Positions 26,684 through 29,011 of a DNA stretch of 29,011 bases are shown here, one piece after another. Source of the DNA: Candidatus Binatia bacterium (GTDB lineage Bacteria > Desulfobacterota > Binatia > Bin18). Position 1 is the stretch's first letter. Every line of letters begins with the position of its first letter. Position numbers and translations under genes: made by a program. Under the pieces are notes generated by a model. It had not been told where the DNA came from, ran no database searches, and worked only from the letters and a program-made list of their open reading frames with translations. The stretch spans positions 1 through 29,011 of the forward strand of contig CAXXHG010000045.1 in the NCBI GenBank assembly GCA_963666315.2, given 5' to 3'.

Positions 26684-26713
26684 ATTATAGGAATTCGGAA
26701 AACCCCGAATCAA
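26684..26713 (-). promoter_or_regulatory. Sigma70-like promoter of the prkA operon with an embedded palindrome
   Basis: Minus strand TTGATT-18 nt-TATAAT; palindrome ATTCGG-N6-CCGAAT at 26693-26710. Confidence 0.55.
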
Positions 26714-26765
26714 GTCCTATATTTTCAGCGGATGAGAATCGCAAGAAATACTGTGATTTGGAACA

Positions 26766-26837
26766 TGGTCCCAACGGGAATCGAACCCGTGTTACCGACG
26801 TGAGAGGCCGGCGTCCTAACCGCTAGACGATGGGACC
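26766..26837 (-). tRNA. tRNA-Glu (CTC)
   Basis: GGTCCCA/TGGGACC acceptor stem, anticodon arm CCGGC-CT-CTC-AC-GTCGG, T loop GGTTCGATTCC; CCA not encoded. Confidence 0.96.
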
Positions 26838-26848
26838 AAGGGGGAGAG

Positions 26849-26921
26849 CTGAGGTGGTAGGACTCGAACCTACAATAGCCTGATCCAGAGTCAGGTGGCT
26901 TACCAATTGGCCTACACCTCA
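26849..26921 (-). tRNA. tRNA-Gln (CTG)
   Basis: TGAGGTG/CACCTCA acceptor stem (U1-A72), anticodon arm CCTGA-CT-CTG-GA-TCAGG, T loop GGTTCGAGTCC. Confidence 0.96.
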
Positions 26922-26955
26922 GTATTTTTCAAAGTAGATAAGCAACTACAGGAAG

Positions 26956-28371
26956 TCAAGATTCAGACACCGCCGGCGGCTCCGTCAACACACGGTCTAT
27001 CCGAGCTAGACATCGTTCCTTCCCCAACACCTCCATCACTTCAAAGATTCCAGGACTCGCCGTCTTCCCGGTGAGTGCCACACGGACCGGTTGTGCAATT
27101 TTCCCCAACTTCACCTGCTCATCTTCCATAAACGCACTGAAGGCTCCGTGCAACACGGGCTCATCCCATGCAGCTAGGCCGCCCAGGCGTTCCCGCAAGC
27201 GCGACAATAGAGAAAGAGAGGACTCTTTCAGAAATTTCTTGGCGGCTTTCTCCTCTAGGGTAATAGTATCGCTCAAATAGAAATCAGACTGCGCGCCCAA
27301 CTCAACCAGCGTTTTTGCCCGAGGCTGAAGGGTCGTCACCATTTGTGCTAACCAGTTATCATCCGGCAAGGGCGACTCGGTTTGCGGCAAAAACGGCTTC
27401 ACTTCTTGTGCAAGTCTGTGCGGATCGCGTTCAGTGAGATAGTGGGCGTTCAGCCAATGCAATTTTTCCGGGTTAAACACTCCGGCGGATTTGCCGACAT
27501 CTTCGAGTTTGAACTTTTCCTCTAGCTCTTGCCACGAGAATATTTCCTGATCGCCATATGCCCAGCCCAGCCGGGCGAGAAAATTAATCAACGCGTCAGG
27601 CAAATAGCCATCTTCTCGGTACGCCCGTACAGCCGTCGCGCCGTGTCGTTTGCTAAGCGGCGCCCGGTCCTCACCCAGAATGAGCGGCAGATGGGCGAAC
27701 CTGGGAAGCGAGGCACCTAGTGCTTGAAAGAGGAGGACCTGGCGTGGGGTATTAGTCAGGTGATCGTCCCCACGGATGATATGCGACATGTGCAGGTCAG
27801 CGTCATCAAAGACTGAGCAGAAATTATACGTCGCTGAGCCGTCCGAACGGACAAGAATCAGATCATCCAGTTCTTGATTCTGAAACGTCACCCGACCTTT
27901 CAACACATCGTCAACAACCGTTTCTCCTTCGTTCGGACTTTTGAAACGTACGGTAAACGGGCGGGAGTCACCGGGATCAGGGTAATAGTCCCGGCAGGTG
28001 CCGTCATAGGCGGGGCTGCGCCCTGCGGCCAGCGCAGCCTTGCGTTTCGCATCGAGTTCCTCAGGTCTGCAATAGCAGCGATAGGCCTTCCCCTGGCTGA
28101 GAAACCGTTCGCTGGTTTCTTGGTACAAGCCAGACCGTTCACTCTGATAGTATGGCCCTTCGTCCCAATCCAGGCCGAGCCATTTCAGAGAGGCGAGAAT
28201 GTCGTCGTGGAATTCTTTGGTAGATCGTTGCCGGTCAGTATCGTCAATACGAAGTATAAACGTGCCGTCCTGCTGCCGTGCAGCAAGGACGGCAAAGAGT
28301 GCTGTGCGGGCGCCGCCAATATGCAGATAGCCGGTTGGACTCGGAGCAAAACGCGAGCGGACGGTCGTCAT
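26956..28371 (-). CDS. gltX: Glutamate-tRNA ligase
   Basis: RFAPSPTGYLHIGG (HIGH), LRIDDTD, WLGLDWDEGPY, IIRGDDH and LSKRHG (KMSKS equivalent). Confidence 0.97.
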   Translation of the reverse strand: MTTVRSRFAPSPTGYLHIGGARTALFAVLAARQQDGTFILRIDDTDRQRSTKEFHDDILASLKWLGLDWDEGPYYQSERSGLYQETSERFLSQGKAYRCYCRPEELDAKRKAALAAGRSPAYDGTCRDYYPDPGDSRPFTVRFKSPNEGETVVDDVLKGRVTFQNQELDDLILVRSDGSATYNFCSVFDDADLHMSHIIRGDDHLTNTPRQVLLFQALGASLPRFAHLPLILGEDRAPLSKRHGATAVRAYREDGYLPDALINFLARLGWAYGDQEIFSWQELEEKFKLEDVGKSAGVFNPEKLHWLNAHYLTERDPHRLAQEVKPFLPQTESPLPDDNWLAQMVTTLQPRAKTLVELGAQSDFYLSDTITLEEKAAKKFLKESSLSLLSRLRERLGGLAAWDEPVLHGAFSAFMEDEQVKLGKIAQPVRVALTGKTASPGIFEVMEVLGKERCLARIDRVLTEPPAVSES

Positions 28372-28377
28372 GTCCGA

Positions 28378-28405
28378 ACGCTACCACGGGGGGCAAACAA
28401 GTCAA
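28378..28405 (-). promoter_or_regulatory. gltX promoter positioned for a leaderless mRNA
   Basis: Minus strand TTGACT-16 nt (ending TGG)-TAGCGT-6 nt-ATG; no SD. Confidence 0.55.
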
Positions 28406-28572
28406 CGCCTTGCGGTCAAAAGGCACTTCCTATGCCTTTCCCGGCCGGAAGCAAGCCAGGATAACGGTGGATGAAGGTGACTGCAAACGCTGTCCGATTC
28501 CTCATTAAGAACCTACCCATTGCACCCCTACTCCCTTGCTCACAGTGTATTTTTGCATGGCAACGGAGGGGT

Positions 28573-28601
28573 TTGAGTTCTTGAATTGCATCAGGTATGG
28601 T
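28573..28601 (+). promoter_or_regulatory. Sigma70-like promoter for tRNA-Lys/tRNA-Glu
   Basis: TTGAGT-17 nt-TATGGT, ending 10 nt before tRNA-Lys. Confidence 0.6.
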
Positions 28602-28611
28602 GCATCGAGCT

Positions 28612-28684
28612 GAGCCGATAGCTCAGTCGGTAGAGCATCTGCCTTTTAAGCAGAGGGTCCCGGGTTCGAGTCCCGGTCGGCTCA
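28612..28684 (+). tRNA. tRNA-Lys (TTT)
   Basis: GAGCCGA/TCGGCTC acceptor stem, D arm TAGCTCAGTCGGTAGAGC, anticodon arm TCTGC-CT-TTT-AA-GCAGA, T loop GGTTCGAGTCC. Confidence 0.97.
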
Positions 28685-28706
28685 TCCCTCTTTTACCATT
28701 CTCTAC

Positions 28707-28781
<75 letters not shown>

Positions 28782-28809
28782 CTTCTCTTTCTCAGTGGTT
28801 TAGGCCTCG

Positions 28810-29011
28810 CATCAACGGTCTGAACAGCCCGAAGATTTACTCCCCCCATCGTTAGATACGATCCAAAACAATGACGCAGATCGTGAAAGGTGAAATTCTC
28901 GATACCCACCCGTTTCACCGTGCAACGAAATGCGGGTCACCATACCGGTATGATGTCCGAAAACAGAGAGTCCGTGCCCAACCGGGCAGGTAGACGCCGG
29001 ATTGTGGCTGA
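28810..29011 (-). pseudogene. Degraded tyrosine recombinase/integrase C-terminal fragment next to the tRNA-Glu(TTC) 3' end (absent from the ORF track)
   Basis: The minus frame from 29011 reads SATIRRLPARLGTDSLFSDIIPVW*PAFRCTVKRVGIENFTFHDLRHCFGSYLTMGGVNLRAVQT. The HxLRH box is at 28871-28885 and there is an internal TGA at 28937-28939. The LGH motif and catalytic Tyr are missing. Confidence 0.8.

Noticed and set aside
28871-28993. 40-codon + strand ORF (MTQIVKGE...) after tRNA-Glu
   Set aside because: It has no SD or recognisable motif and is antisense to the integrase remnant.

Overview
Bacterial chromosomal window of moderate GC. The gene content (LLM/F420-type oxidoreductases, P450, gltX-tRNA-Gln-tRNA-Glu) tentatively suggests a Deltaproteobacteria-like or Binatia-like organism; this is an inference only. 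In order: (1) 1-3.7 kb, a run of disrupted genes (SWIM-finger ORF, LLM oxidoreductase, FAD monooxygenase, nitroreductase). (2) 3.7-8.2 kb, an accessory block with a TetR regulator resembling Vibrio HapR/SmcR/LuxR, preceded by three tandem LuxR/HapR-type operator palindromes. It also holds two lipoproteins, a small TGA-interrupted gene missed by the ORF track, an LLM oxidoreductase and an IS5-type MITE carrying a REP doublet. (3) 8.3-16 kb, a TPR-Slt lytic transglycosylase converging on a peptidoglycan-recycling operon (ldcA, serine hydrolase, mpl). The operon is headed by an atypical type I-beta DAHP-synthase-like gene with altered substrate motifs and a pheL-like leader. (4) vapBC-type toxin-antitoxin pair, cytochrome P450, htpG, ispF, a secreted Cys-rich protein and the prkA/yeaG-yeaH-spoVR triad. 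(5) gltX flanked by four tRNAs, with a degraded tyrosine integrase just downstream of tRNA-Glu(TTC). All homology calls come from motif recognition by eye; no searches were run.
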